64,000 bases of DNA from Enterobacteria phage P922, in sequence record OR999189.1; one strand, written 5' to 3'. This document shows positions 44,155-54,753 of the stretch, piece after piece. The position numbers and the translations under genes were made by a program. The notes under the pieces were generated by a model, which was not told the origin of the DNA, did not search any database, and saw only the letters and a list, made by a program, of their open reading frames with translations. The first letter of the stretch is position 1, and every line of letters begins with the position of its first letter.

Positions 44155-45611
44155 TTCTTAAAATTCTGAATGAAATAGCATCTATTGGATCAACTAAACA
44201 GAAGCAAGCAATTCTTGAAAAGAATAAAGATAATGAATTGCTTAAACGAGTATATCGTCTGACTTATTCTCGTGGGTTACAGTATTATATCAAGAAATGG
44301 CCTAAACCTGGTATTGCTACCCAGAGTTTTGGAATGCTGACTATTACTGATATGCTTGACTTCATTGAATTCACGTTAGCTACTCGGAAATTAACTGGCA
44401 ATGCAGCAATTGAGGAATTAACTGGATATATCACCGATGGTAAAAAGGATGATGTTGAAGTTTTGCGTCGAGTTATGATGCGAGACCTTGAATGTGGTGC
44501 TTCAGTATCTATTGCAAACAAAGTTTGGCCAGGTTTAATTCCTGAACAACCTCAAATGCTGGCAAGTTCTTATGATGAAAAAGGCATTAGTAAGAATATC
44601 AAGTTTCCAGCCTTTGCGCAGTTAAAAGCAGACGGAGCTCGGTGTTTTGCTGAAGTCCGAGGCGATGAATTAGATGATGTTCGTCTTTTATCACGAGCTG
44701 GTAATGAATATCTAGGATTAGATCTTCTTAAGGAAGAGTTAATCAAAATGACTGCTGAAGCCCGCCAGATTCATCCAGAAGGTGTGTTAATTGATGGCGA
44801 ATTGGTATACCATGAGCAAGTTGAAAAGGAACCAGAAGGCCTAGATTTTCTTTTTGATGCTACTGAAATCAGTAAAGCTAAAGACTTCACAGAAGTAGCT
44901 GAATCTCGTACTGCTTCTAATGGAATCGCTAATAAATCTTTAAAGGGAACCATTTCTGAAAAAGAAGCCAAATGCATGAAGTTTCAGGTCTGGGATTATG
45001 TCCCGTTGGTAGAAATATACGGTCTTCCGGCGTTTCGTTTAAAATATGATGTACGTTTTTCTAAACTAGAACAAATGACATCAGGATATGATAAAGTAAT
45101 TTTAATTGAAAACCAGGTAGTAAATAACCTAGATGAAGCTAAGGTAATTTATAAAAAATATATTGACCGAGGTCTTGAAGGTATTATTCTCAAAAATACC
45201 GATGGATTGTGGGAAAATGCTCGTTCAAAAAATCTCTATAAATTTAAAGAAGTAATTGATGTTGATTTAAAAATTGTAGGAATTTATCCTCACCGTAAAG
45301 ACCCTACTAAAGCAGGTGGATTTATTCTTGAATCAGAATGCGGAAAAATTAAAGTAAACGCTGGTTCAGGTTTAAAAGATAAAGCTGGTGTAAAATCACA
45401 TGAACTTGACCGTACTCGCATTATGGAAAACCAAAATTATTATATTGGAAAAATTCTAGAGTGCGAATGCAATGGTTGGTTAAAATCTGATGGCCGCACT
45501 GATTACGTTAAATTATTTCTTCCAATTGCGATTCGTTTACGTGAAGATAAAACTAAAGCTAATACATTCGAGGATGTATTTGGTGATTTTCATGAGGTAA
45601 CTGGTCTATGA
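44151..45611 (+). CDS. 30: ATP-dependent DNA ligase
   Basis: 486 aa; MILKILNEIASIGSTKQKQAILEK...; adenylation lysine motif KADGAR. Confidence 0.9.
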   Translation: MILKILNEIASIGSTKQKQAILEKNKDNELLKRVYRLTYSRGLQYYIKKWPKPGIATQSFGMLTITDMLDFIEFTLATRKLTGNAAIEELTGYITDGKKDDVEVLRRVMMRDLECGASVSIANKVWPGLIPEQPQMLASSYDEKGISKNIKFPAFAQLKADGARCFAEVRGDELDDVRLLSRAGNEYLGLDLLKEELIKMTAEARQIHPEGVLIDGELVYHEQVEKEPEGLDFLFDATEISKAKDFTEVAESRTASNGIANKSLKGTISEKEAKCMKFQVWDYVPLVEIYGLPAFRLKYDVRFSKLEQMTSGYDKVILIENQVVNNLDEAKVIYKKYIDRGLEGIILKNTDGLWENARSKNLYKFKEVIDVDLKIVGIYPHRKDPTKAGGFILESECGKIKVNAGSGLKDKAGVKSHELDRTRIMENQNYYIGKILECECNGWLKSDGRTDYVKLFLPIAIRLREDKTKANTFEDVFGDFHEVTGL

Positions 45612-45796
45612 AAGCTTACTTAGAAACAATTGTCGTTGCTCAAAAAGAAGGTGGAGATGTTTCTACTTCTGTATCACAAATCGTTCTTGAATTTGTAGAT
45701 GCATATGCTTATAATAAATTTACAGAAACATTTGATGCCTATGAAAAAGGTCCGAAGTTTGAAATATACCGTACTCTCTTACCACTAGATTATTAA
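45608..45796 (+). CDS. hypothetical protein (62 aa)
   Basis: ATGA-coupled to ligase; followed by hairpin. Confidence 0.4.
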   Translation: MKAYLETIVVAQKEGGDVSTSVSQIVLEFVDAYAYNKFTETFDAYEKGPKFEIYRTLLPLDY

Positions 45797-45812
45797 AGGC
45801 CTTCGGGCCTTT
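45796..45812 (+). terminator. stem-loop AAAGGCC-TTCG-GGCCTTT (weak terminator or RNA stability element)
   Basis: perfect 7 bp stem with UUCG loop; A/T-rich after. Confidence 0.45.
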
Positions 45813-45848
45813 AATTTTATAAATAGAATAAACACTAGAGAGGATATG

Positions 45849-47942
45849 ATGGAACTCATTACAGAATTATTTGACGAAGATACTACTCTTCCGATTACAA
45901 ACTTAAATCCAAAGAAGAAAATACCGCAAATTTTTTCAGTTCATGTTGATGACGCAATTGAACAACCAGGCTTTCGTTTATGTACCTATACATCTGGAGG
46001 TGATACTAATCGCGATTTAAAAATGGGCGATAAAATGATGCATATTGTTCCTTTTACATTAACTGCTAAAGGTTCAATTGCTAAATTAAAAGGTCTCGGT
46101 CCAAGCCCAATTAATTATATCAATTCAGTTTTTACTGTTGCAATGCAGACGATGCGTCAGTATAAAATTGATGCCTGTATGCTCCGTATTCTTAAGTCTA
46201 AAACTGCTGGTCAAGCTCGACAAATTCAAGTTATTGCTGATAGACTTATCCGTAGTCGTTCAGGTGGCAGATACGTCCTTCTTAAGGAACTCTGGGATTA
46301 CGATAAAAAGTATGCATATATTCTTATACATCGCAAAAATGTATCACTAGAAGACATTCCAGGAGTTCCGGAAATTAGTACCGAGCTCTTTACTAAAGTT
46401 GAATCGAAAGTCGGCGATGTTTATATCAATAAAGATACTGGTGCTCAAGTAACTAAAAATGAGGCAATTGCAGCATCTATTGCGCAAGAAAATGATAAAC
46501 GCTCTGACCAAGCTGTAATCGTTAAAGTTAAAATTTCCCGTAGAGCAATTGCGCAAAGTCAATCATTAGAATCTTCTAGATTTGAAAGCGAATTATTCCA
46601 GAAGTATGAATCTACTGCAGCTAATTTCAATAAACCTGCTACTGCTCCTTTAATTCCAGAAGCAGAAGAAATGAAGCTTGGAATTAATTCATTAGCTTCT
46701 AAAACTAAGGCAGCAAAAATTATTGCTGAAGGAACTGCAGATGAACTTCACTATGACTATAAATTCTTTTCAAAAAGTGAGGTTAATGAAGTTTCTGAAA
46801 AAATTAAAGATGTAATTCTTAATGCGATTAAAAATGAACCAACTACTTCAATAAAATGTTTAGAGAAATACGCAGCAGCTGTTAATAAATTCTTTGAAGA
46901 ATACAAAGATAAATGGCTTGATAAACATAATAAAACCCGTAAAGGACAGCCAGATGAAGTCTGGGAAGAAATAACTAAAAATTCCTGGAACGCAGCAAAA
47001 ACTAAATTCCTCAAACGAATGATTTATAGTTTTTCTGGAATTGGTGCAGGTCCAATGATTGATATTACCATTGCACGCGATGGTTCTAAATATACTCCAT
47101 CGCAAAAGCGCGGCATTAGAGAGTATTGTGGATCAGGATATACTGACATCAATAATCTTCTTTTAGGCCGCTACAATCCAGAACGATATGATGTAATGAG
47201 TGAAAAAGAAATTGAATCTGCTATAAATAACTTAGATTCAGCTTTTGAAAATGGTGACCGTATACCAGAAGGCATTACAGTTTATCGTGCTCAAAGTATG
47301 ACTGCTCCTATATACGAAGCACTAGTTAAAAATAAAGTGTTCTATTTCAGAAATTTTGTATCTACTTCTTTAACTCCTATCATTTTTGGACGTTTTGGAA
47401 TTACACATGCTGGTATTGGTCTTTTAGAACCAGAAGCTCGTAATGAATTGACAGTTGATAAAAATGAAGAAGGAATAACTATTAATCCAAACGAAATAAG
47501 AGCGTATAAAGAAAATCCTGAATACGTTAAAGTTCAAATAGGATGGGCAATTGATGGAGCTCATAAAGTTAATGTTGTATATCCAGGAAGTCTCGGAATA
47601 GCAACAGAAGCTGAAGTTATTCTACCGCGCGGATTGATGGTCAAAGTTAATAAAATAACTGATGCTTCTAATAATGACGGAACAACATCTAATAATACAA
47701 AACTCATTCAAGCTGAAGTTATGACTACAGAAGAACTCACCGAATCAGTAATTTATGATGGAGACCATTTAATGGAAACTGGTGAAGTAGTTGCAATGAC
47801 AGGTGATATTGAAATAGAAGACAGAGTTGACTTTGCATCATTTGTTTCATCAAACGTTAAACAGAAAGTAGAATCATCTCTTGGAATTATTGCGTCTTGC
47901 ATAGATATTACAAACATGCCTTACAAGTTCGTTCAAGGATAA
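45849..47942 (+). CDS. alt: Alt ADP-ribosyltransferase (packaged, modifies host RNA polymerase)
   Basis: 697 aa from second ATG; MELITELFDEDTTLPITNL... matches T4 Alt; C-terminal R / STS / EAE ART signature. Confidence 0.85.
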   Translation: MELITELFDEDTTLPITNLNPKKKIPQIFSVHVDDAIEQPGFRLCTYTSGGDTNRDLKMGDKMMHIVPFTLTAKGSIAKLKGLGPSPINYINSVFTVAMQTMRQYKIDACMLRILKSKTAGQARQIQVIADRLIRSRSGGRYVLLKELWDYDKKYAYILIHRKNVSLEDIPGVPEISTELFTKVESKVGDVYINKDTGAQVTKNEAIAASIAQENDKRSDQAVIVKVKISRRAIAQSQSLESSRFESELFQKYESTAANFNKPATAPLIPEAEEMKLGINSLASKTKAAKIIAEGTADELHYDYKFFSKSEVNEVSEKIKDVILNAIKNEPTTSIKCLEKYAAAVNKFFEEYKDKWLDKHNKTRKGQPDEVWEEITKNSWNAAKTKFLKRMIYSFSGIGAGPMIDITIARDGSKYTPSQKRGIREYCGSGYTDINNLLLGRYNPERYDVMSEKEIESAINNLDSAFENGDRIPEGITVYRAQSMTAPIYEALVKNKVFYFRNFVSTSLTPIIFGRFGITHAGIGLLEPEARNELTVDKNEEGITINPNEIRAYKENPEYVKVQIGWAIDGAHKVNVVYPGSLGIATEAEVILPRGLMVKVNKITDASNNDGTTSNNTKLIQAEVMTTEELTESVIYDGDHLMETGEVVAMTGDIEIEDRVDFASFVSSNVKQKVESSLGIIASCIDITNMPYKFVQG

Positions 47943-47945
47943 ATC

Positions 47946-50003
47946 ATGGAACTTATTACAGAATTATTTGACGGCGCTTCGGCGCCGGTTGTTAACTTAA
48001 ACCCGAAGCATAAAATACCTCAAATTTTTGCTATTCAAGCAGGTGAAGAAAGCGTGCTTCCTGGATTTAGATTTTGTACATACACCTCTGGCGGTGATAC
48101 AAATAAAAACGTTAAGCCAGGCGATAAAATGATGCATATCGTAATGATAGGTGTCAATGAAAAGCTATCATTAGTTAAACTTAAAAACTTAGGTGGAAAT
48201 CCAATTGGTGTCATTAATGCGGTTTTTGATACTGCTCTTCAAACAATGAAACAGTATAAAATTGATGCATGCTTATTCCGCGTACTAAAGAGCAAAACAA
48301 ATGGAGCTGCTCGTCAAATGCAAGTTATTGCCGACCGTTTAGTACGTACTAAAGGAGCAGGTCGATATGTTCTTTTAAAGGAAATCTGGGACTATGATAA
48401 GAAATATGCATATATTATGGTTTACCGCAAAAATGCCAATTTAGAAGACATTCCAGGTGTACCTCCTATTTCAACTGAGTTATTCACAAAGGTTGAATCA
48501 AAGGTTGGTGATGTTTATGTAGATGTTAAAACAGGTAATGCTGTTCCTAAAGCTGTTGCTGTTGCTGCTTCTATTGCTTTAGAAAATGATAAGCGCACAG
48601 ATCAAGCTGTAATTCAGAAAACTAAAATTAGTCGTCGATTAGCAGCACAAGCTCAATACTCTACTGTCGATGCTTCACTTCAGGGTGATAGCTTCGCCGC
48701 TAAGAAATATCAAGAGTTTGAATCTAAAGTTCCGGTATATAAAGCAGAAGGACCAATGAACTCCGGCGTTATTCAGGTTGGTTCAAACTTCAGCAAAGGA
48801 GCTATCGGTGGTATGAGGAGTGCTTCTCGTTTTAAATCTAGTGATTATGAACTAGAAAGCTTCCGAAATCATATTGCATTGGCCCATGCGCGTTTACGTG
48901 ATCCATCTATTAAATTACAGAGCGATATAACATATCAAGGTTCTCAAGAATATTTAAAGAATAAAGAATTTTTTGATTATAAAACTGATAAAATTTTAAG
49001 CGATCTTGCTGACATTAATATTTCTAATAGCTTTGATGTTATTAAGAAAATTGTCAATGATTTAGTTAAAGGTTCTAAAGCCACGCCAGACGAAAAGGTA
49101 GCTATTGTTCAATTTGTCATGAATGGCATTTATAAATTGATTAATGAGTCTGCTTCTCAAGCGTATGAATATGCAAGTACTGAAGTACCCCCAAAAGGAT
49201 TAACTCAGGCTGAGTCTGATGTAATTGAAGATTATTGCGCGGATTCATATGTTGAAATGAACTCGTTCCTTTTAGGTAAACCGGATTCTACTCGTGAAGA
49301 ATACATGGAACGAGCTATTAAACACATCGAGACAATGGATTCTGCCTTTGCCAAAGGATCAGTTCTTCCTCCAGGAACTACGCTTTATCGTGGACAAGAA
49401 GTTACCTTTAAAACTTTACGTCATAATATTGAAAATAAAATGTTCTATTTTAAGAACTTCGTATCCACATCGCTTAAACCAAATATCTTCGGTGAGTATG
49501 GTAAAAACTATATGGCTCTAGATGATTCCAGTACAGTATTTTCTGGTGAAGGAGAAGGTTCAGTTGACGCAGAAGATTTGATGCATATGGGCAGTCATTC
49601 TTCTTATGCGAATGAAGATGCTGAAACTAGCGTGGGTATGGTAATTAAAGGAGCTGAGCGAATCAAAGTTATCGTTCCGGGTCATTTATCAGGATTTCCA
49701 TCAGAAGCTGAAGTTATTTTACCACGTGGAATTTTGCTGAAGATTAATAAAGTGAGTACGTACATGATGAAAGAAACTGCTTATAACAAGTATTTAATCG
49801 AAGGCACAATCGTTCCTCCTTCTGAACAATTAGAAGAATCGGTATATGATGGCGATCATCTGATGGAAACTGGTGAAGTTCGTCCAATGGCTGGGTTTAA
49901 TCAATTCCTTGTAGAAGAATCAAAAGAAGAGGAAAACGAAGTTTCTCAAATCTTAGCTTCTTTGGTTAACATCAACGGAATGTCTAAAAAGTTCAAGATG
50001 TAG
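47946..50003 (+). CDS. Alt-like ADP-ribosyltransferase paralogue
   Basis: 685 aa; N-terminus MELITELFDGASAPVVNLNPKHKIPQIF parallels Alt; conserved FVSTSL and SEAEVILPRG motifs; middle region divergent. Confidence 0.75.
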   Translation: MELITELFDGASAPVVNLNPKHKIPQIFAIQAGEESVLPGFRFCTYTSGGDTNKNVKPGDKMMHIVMIGVNEKLSLVKLKNLGGNPIGVINAVFDTALQTMKQYKIDACLFRVLKSKTNGAARQMQVIADRLVRTKGAGRYVLLKEIWDYDKKYAYIMVYRKNANLEDIPGVPPISTELFTKVESKVGDVYVDVKTGNAVPKAVAVAASIALENDKRTDQAVIQKTKISRRLAAQAQYSTVDASLQGDSFAAKKYQEFESKVPVYKAEGPMNSGVIQVGSNFSKGAIGGMRSASRFKSSDYELESFRNHIALAHARLRDPSIKLQSDITYQGSQEYLKNKEFFDYKTDKILSDLADINISNSFDVIKKIVNDLVKGSKATPDEKVAIVQFVMNGIYKLINESASQAYEYASTEVPPKGLTQAESDVIEDYCADSYVEMNSFLLGKPDSTREEYMERAIKHIETMDSAFAKGSVLPPGTTLYRGQEVTFKTLRHNIENKMFYFKNFVSTSLKPNIFGEYGKNYMALDDSSTVFSGEGEGSVDAEDLMHMGSHSSYANEDAETSVGMVIKGAERIKVIVPGHLSGFPSEAEVILPRGILLKINKVSTYMMKETAYNKYLIEGTIVPPSEQLEESVYDGDHLMETGEVRPMAGFNQFLVEESKEEENEVSQILASLVNINGMSKKFKM

Positions 50004-50062
50004 TTTACAAGTCCCTCGTGTTGTGTTATAATAATTTTACTTACATAACATGAGGAACACAA
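50004..50062 (+). promoter_or_regulatory. T4-type early promoter plus structured leader (duplicate of cassette at 34192)
   Basis: GTTTACAAGTCCCTCGTGTTGTGTTATAATAATTTTACTTACATAACATGAGG. Confidence 0.55.
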
Positions 50063-50063
50063 A

Positions 50064-50354
50064 ATGAAATCTTCTTTACGCTTTTTAGGTCAAGAGCTTG
50101 TAGTTGAAGGCGTTATTCCTGCTGATAACGCTTTTAATGAAGCAGTTTACGATGAATTTATCAAAATTTTTGGAACAGATAAAAAGTTCGGAATTTTTCC
50201 TTCTGAAAATTTCTCAAAGCCAGAACAGACTGAAAGCATTTTCCAGGGTGTAGTAACAGGTAAATTTGAGTCAGAAGCTCCGGTAAAAATTGAAGTTTAT
50301 ATTGAAGACAGTTTAGTTGCTTCAGTTGCTGCTTTTATTTCATTCCGTAAATAA
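50064..50354 (+). CDS. hypothetical protein (96 aa)
   Basis: GAGGAACACAAAATG start. Confidence 0.45.
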   Translation: MKSSLRFLGQELVVEGVIPADNAFNEAVYDEFIKIFGTDKKFGIFPSENFSKPEQTESIFQGVVTGKFESEAPVKIEVYIEDSLVASVAAFISFRK

Positions 50355-50358
50355 AAAT

Positions 50359-50380
50359 ATGGGGACCGAAAGGTCCCCAT
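50359..50380. terminator. bidirectional terminator between convergent + and - transcription units
   Basis: ATGGGGACC-GAAA-GGTCCCCAT with A-run on one side and T-rich on the other. Confidence 0.6.
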
Positions 50381-50382
50381 TG

Positions 50383-51348
50383 TTATATTGCTCCTAATAT
50401 TTTACTTTGCGAATTGACAATTCCTGTCATAGTATTAATGTTTGAAATGCTTCCCGCAGTTCCTCCTAATCTACTAAGTCGTGAAAGCGAATTAGATAGT
50501 CCAGTAACACCTCCACTATTTCCGAGAACGCTTTGAATGCCATTTATAGCAGCAGATTCAAGCCACTCAAGCGCAGCTTGTCTATCAACCGACCCAGCCT
50601 GCATGACTCTATACGCAAAAGTAACATCAAATGTAGTTATTTGGTTATCTCCATCATATGATAACTCAGGAGCACTCACTGACACTGGAATGCATCCGGT
50701 GAACATCACAGCAGTATGAGGTAATCCATTACGAGCATGAAGATTAACCTGAATGTCTGCCTCGACATCTTGCGGCAAAGCACGCAGTCCAGTTACTGGG
50801 TCTTGAACAGCATTAACCCAGTCTTGCATTGCACGATAGTTACAAGCTTCTGAATCCATCCTAAATGAAATAACCAAAGGGTCTAATTCTCTCCCAGTTA
50901 TACGAATATTAGGAGAATTATAGTTCCAGTCAGTTTCATAGGATAATCTATTCTCTGGCATTTTTACGGAATATATCATCAATCCAGATGAGTTATATGC
51001 CATGTTAAAGAAGTCAATTAAATATGTACCAACTGTAAATGAGCCCAATAAACTTTGAACTGTACGTTGACTCATGGCACCAATAAGATATTTACTAACC
51101 CCTGATTTTCTTATCAGTTTTTGTGTGCCAGCGGTAATTAGCGTGGTAATTCCCTGATTAATATCGCCTTGAGTCAATCCTAACCAATCTGAATTTAGAC
51201 CCAAGTTATTATAAGAAAAGTTGCTAATTGAACTTATCAACGAAGAGCTTTTAGTTGATGGAGCTGTCGCAAAAACGCAGCTAAACATATTATTACGCTG
51301 GAAATCTGCGTTTATTGCTTGATTATTAAATTCCTCTAAAGAATACAT
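50383..51348 (-). CDS. 54: gp54 baseplate tail tube initiator
   Basis: 321 aa; size and position as T4 gp54. Confidence 0.85.
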   Translation of the reverse strand: MYSLEEFNNQAINADFQRNNMFSCVFATAPSTKSSSLISSISNFSYNNLGLNSDWLGLTQGDINQGITTLITAGTQKLIRKSGVSKYLIGAMSQRTVQSLLGSFTVGTYLIDFFNMAYNSSGLMIYSVKMPENRLSYETDWNYNSPNIRITGRELDPLVISFRMDSEACNYRAMQDWVNAVQDPVTGLRALPQDVEADIQVNLHARNGLPHTAVMFTGCIPVSVSAPELSYDGDNQITTFDVTFAYRVMQAGSVDRQAALEWLESAAINGIQSVLGNSGGVTGLSNSLSRLSRLGGTAGSISNINTMTGIVNSQSKILGAI

Positions 51349-52442
51349 TAAAAAGTCCCCGCATATAAAGAAGCACGGTTTAACGTGATAATTTCTCTCA
51401 TAGTAATCTCGAGAGTAAATGTACTAGGGAGGTTTGGAGCAATAGCTAATCCGTTAAAGTTACCATTAGGTGTTTTATCAAATCTGATGCTTTGTATTTG
51501 GCATGGGCCAAATATTTCTGTTTTTCCATCAAACTTAGATGTTGCACCAAAGTTTTTCACCATCCAAATTGTCGGGTTTGAAACTACTAGAACGTTAGTT
51601 AAACTCGATGTCATTTTCTCAAATAGTGTTTTATTTTTAGCTGCGTCTTCCGGAGATAAAGGTTCAATTAACGTAGAACGATACCAATCATCTAAATACC
51701 CCTTTATTTCAGCAGCATATTGAGATTTGCCAGTTTCACCATAAGAAAAATAGTTAAAATATTGATAGATATTAATAATAGCCATTAAATCTTCTGTGGA
51801 ACGTGGAGTCAAATCCCATGTAAACACTTTAGTTCTATTTTCAGCGCCACCATACATACTTCTGGCTGTCGTATAAATCTGTTCATTATTATCAGCCATT
51901 ATACCTTGTGTTATACTTTCCAGTGCCCCAAATACTGCAGTTGAAGCAATATTACTTAGCACACCAGTAGCAGTACCTCCGCCTCTGCTGATAAGACTTT
52001 CTTGAACATCATTAAATCTATGTGACGACGTATCAACGTCAGATTTAGATCTCGGTAAAAGAATGTTTGCGACAGGAGCTTTACTTATTGTTCCTGAATT
52101 ATTATCTGATATTAATCCATTTGACAGTTTTGATACTGTATTACTGATAGTGTTTCTGGCTGTACGTAAAATACTCGAAGATGAAGAAGAGTAGTTAGAT
52201 CTCATCGATCTAAGACTTCCAGAATCCCTAGATGACATATTGTATGCAGTAAATAATAATCCATTCTTATATAGATCTGTTACCTGGAAGTCTCCTGTAG
52301 TGTCATTACCACTAGCACGCCCAGTTGGAAACTGGGCAGTGTATGTTTTAGTTGCTACTTCTGATTTAGTACTCTGTCCGGCTGAAATTTTCTCACCGGA
52401 CTTTTTAATTAAATCAGCAGTTATTTCTTTAACAATTGCCAT
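51348..52442 (-). CDS. 48: gp48 baseplate tail tube cap
   Basis: 364 aa, same as T4 gp48. Confidence 0.85.
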   Translation of the reverse strand: MAIVKEITADLIKKSGEKISAGQSTKSEVATKTYTAQFPTGRASGNDTTGDFQVTDLYKNGLLFTAYNMSSRDSGSLRSMRSNYSSSSSSILRTARNTISNTVSKLSNGLISDNNSGTISKAPVANILLPRSKSDVDTSSHRFNDVQESLISRGGGTATGVLSNIASTAVFGALESITQGIMADNNEQIYTTARSMYGGAENRTKVFTWDLTPRSTEDLMAIINIYQYFNYFSYGETGKSQYAAEIKGYLDDWYRSTLIEPLSPEDAAKNKTLFEKMTSSLTNVLVVSNPTIWMVKNFGATSKFDGKTEIFGPCQIQSIRFDKTPNGNFNGLAIAPNLPSTFTLEITMREIITLNRASLYAGTF

Positions 52443-52450
52443 ATTATTCC

Positions 52451-54223
52451 TTAATTAACTCCAGTCGCATCAAATACACCGGGAGCAGTCGTGCTCGTTA
52501 CGGGTGTCATATTATGAACGACAGTATTTTTCTTAATAACATTATTAGTATTATTGATCGAAGGAGATGCTTGTTGAGCAGGAGCTTGCTGTGCTTTGTT
52601 CTTTTCTATTACCTGGACTTGTTTTGCTTCTGGCGATTTAGCAGAAGTTTCAGGTTTGGCATTAGGCTGATTTTTCTTGAGCTCTTGATAAGTAGCGTCA
52701 ATTTTAGAAAATCTAGCAGCAAGTTCTTTTTTAACTGCCGGTGAATTATTTAAATCCGGGTCATCCATCCGTTTTTTAAGGTCTTCATAGGCAGCTTCAA
52801 CTGATTTAACTGTTGAGTCTTTACTCATATCAGCTGAATCAGCATATTTTTCAAAGCGAATCATTGCGGCACGGGCTTCATTAGCCTTCATTAAAGCATT
52901 TTTTCTTTCTTCAGGTGAAAGTTGCTTTAATTTTTCTTCTTCTGCTGCACGTTCTTCGTCAGTAGTTAGTGCTTCTTTATTATCAACCCCACGAATCCAG
53001 TTAGATGCACGAGTTTTCCAATTAGCAATTTTGTCTAGTCCTTCTGCTATCGGACCAAGGTCTCCATTCATTCGTTTATCTTGATAATTCGCAACTTTTT
53101 CCTGGTCTTCTTTATTGAGAGATGCTCCAGTAGAATTTTGGAAATTTTCTAGTGCTCTTCCTTCTACTTCATCAGCAGTATCCTTCATACCAGGAATAAC
53201 TCGAAGAATTGCAGCAGATAATTTAGCCATTCCAAGCTGAATAAGTTCTCCTAAATTATAAAGAACTTTTCCAAGCCCTTCTACAATAGCTACCGTCAAA
53301 CCGCCCCAATCTCCCGCTTCCCAGAATTTTTTAATTTCATCAATAGAACTAAAGATGCTCTGTAATAAAGGACCCCATGTTCCGGTTTCGCTAGAGAATT
53401 TAGTAAAGTCTGCACTAAACAAATCCCAAGCCTGCGAAAATTTATCTGACCAATATTTAAAGTGAACCATCAGCAGATCTATTCCAACAACAACAGCCAA
53501 TATCATTGCAGTCATTTTAGCGGCTTCAATAGCAGCACTGACAGTATACTTAAATAACATGCTTGATATTTTATCAGTAATTGAAATAGATTTCTTAAAT
53601 CCAAAATCAACAGTCTTCGTTAATTTATCTAAAGCTTGAGATAATTTTAAGTTAAATGCGTCTTTTTTCTGTTTTTCTTCTGGCGATTCTTGTTTAGGTT
53701 CAACTGGCTGAGGGGTAGGGAAAAAATCAGCATCAGGATCATTATTAACTGCTTCAGGAGCTGGTAATAAAGGACCAACAGATTCAGCTGTATCATCCTC
53801 AACGACTTTAACAGGAATAGCGCTTTCAACAGTGGCTAAACTGGTTCCTGTTTGTTGAATTCCAGCTGTCTGAATTTTTTGCTCTAATAAACTCGTTAAT
53901 TTATCTAATTTACTCCCGAGCGATTCACCGATTTCTTTATTAATATTGTTGCCAATTTCGACAGTTTCAGCAATTAACTCAGAACCAGCAGTATTATCAC
54001 TCACTGCGTTTTCGACGTTGTCAATTGCTCCAATTATTTCATTCGATTTTTCTTCGACAGTTTGAGCAATTAATTCAGAAGCAGCTTGAGCATCATCCAA
54101 TTTCGTAGATATATCGTTAAGTCCAGATAAAGTATTGGAAGCGGATTTAGCCGCTTCCTGTGTTGGTTTATTATCTGAAATAACTTTTCTACGCATCGTT
54201 TGCATTTCTTGTGGCTTTTTCAT
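52451..54223 (-). CDS. 29: gp29 tail tape measure / baseplate hub protein
   Basis: 590 aa, same as T4 gp29. Confidence 0.85.
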   Translation of the reverse strand: MKKPQEMQTMRRKVISDNKPTQEAAKSASNTLSGLNDISTKLDDAQAASELIAQTVEEKSNEIIGAIDNVENAVSDNTAGSELIAETVEIGNNINKEIGESLGSKLDKLTSLLEQKIQTAGIQQTGTSLATVESAIPVKVVEDDTAESVGPLLPAPEAVNNDPDADFFPTPQPVEPKQESPEEKQKKDAFNLKLSQALDKLTKTVDFGFKKSISITDKISSMLFKYTVSAAIEAAKMTAMILAVVVGIDLLMVHFKYWSDKFSQAWDLFSADFTKFSSETGTWGPLLQSIFSSIDEIKKFWEAGDWGGLTVAIVEGLGKVLYNLGELIQLGMAKLSAAILRVIPGMKDTADEVEGRALENFQNSTGASLNKEDQEKVANYQDKRMNGDLGPIAEGLDKIANWKTRASNWIRGVDNKEALTTDEERAAEEEKLKQLSPEERKNALMKANEARAAMIRFEKYADSADMSKDSTVKSVEAAYEDLKKRMDDPDLNNSPAVKKELAARFSKIDATYQELKKNQPNAKPETSAKSPEAKQVQVIEKNKAQQAPAQQASPSINNTNNVIKKNTVVHNMTPVTSTTAPGVFDATGVN

Positions 54224-54753
54224 TCAAATAATCCAATAATATTGCCAATTCCGGTTATTGGACCATTAGGGCCAGGAATTGCTAAAGTTGTAAAAATGTC
54301 ATTTGCCCATTTTAAAACGAATGCTGGCATCTCAAGAAAATTAATTTCTTTAACTTCATCATTGATCTTAAGCAAGCATTTGGATAACATATCGCTCACA
54401 GTTAAAAATTGTTCAAATTTTCCAGGAGGTCTAAAATAAAATGTATTTCCTTGGTATTGAAATTCCAATCTTTGACATACATAAACATCATTAATGTCAT
54501 AAGTATAACCATCTATTTCTTTACGAGATTTAATTTTTCCATTAAATTCCAATAAATGAATAGAAACGAAATCAACTTCTGCCGGTGATAAATTCGGACA
54601 AATAGAATCAATAAGAAGTTTTAAATTTTCATCAGGACCTTTAACATCTTTTAAAATGTTATAATGTTTAAGACCCATTTTAGGAATAGAAACTTCTTTA
54701 TTGCTTATTGGAAGAACTACTTTCTTCAGTGGTAGTATCAGATTTAAATTCAT
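54220..54753 (-). CDS. 28: gp28 baseplate hub distal subunit
   Basis: 177 aa, same as T4 gp28; overlaps gene 27 3' end. Confidence 0.8.
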   Translation of the reverse strand: MNLNLILPLKKVVLPISNKEVSIPKMGLKHYNILKDVKGPDENLKLLIDSICPNLSPAEVDFVSIHLLEFNGKIKSRKEIDGYTYDINDVYVCQRLEFQYQGNTFYFRPPGKFEQFLTVSDMLSKCLLKINDEVKEINFLEMPAFVLKWANDIFTTLAIPGPNGPITGIGNIIGLFE

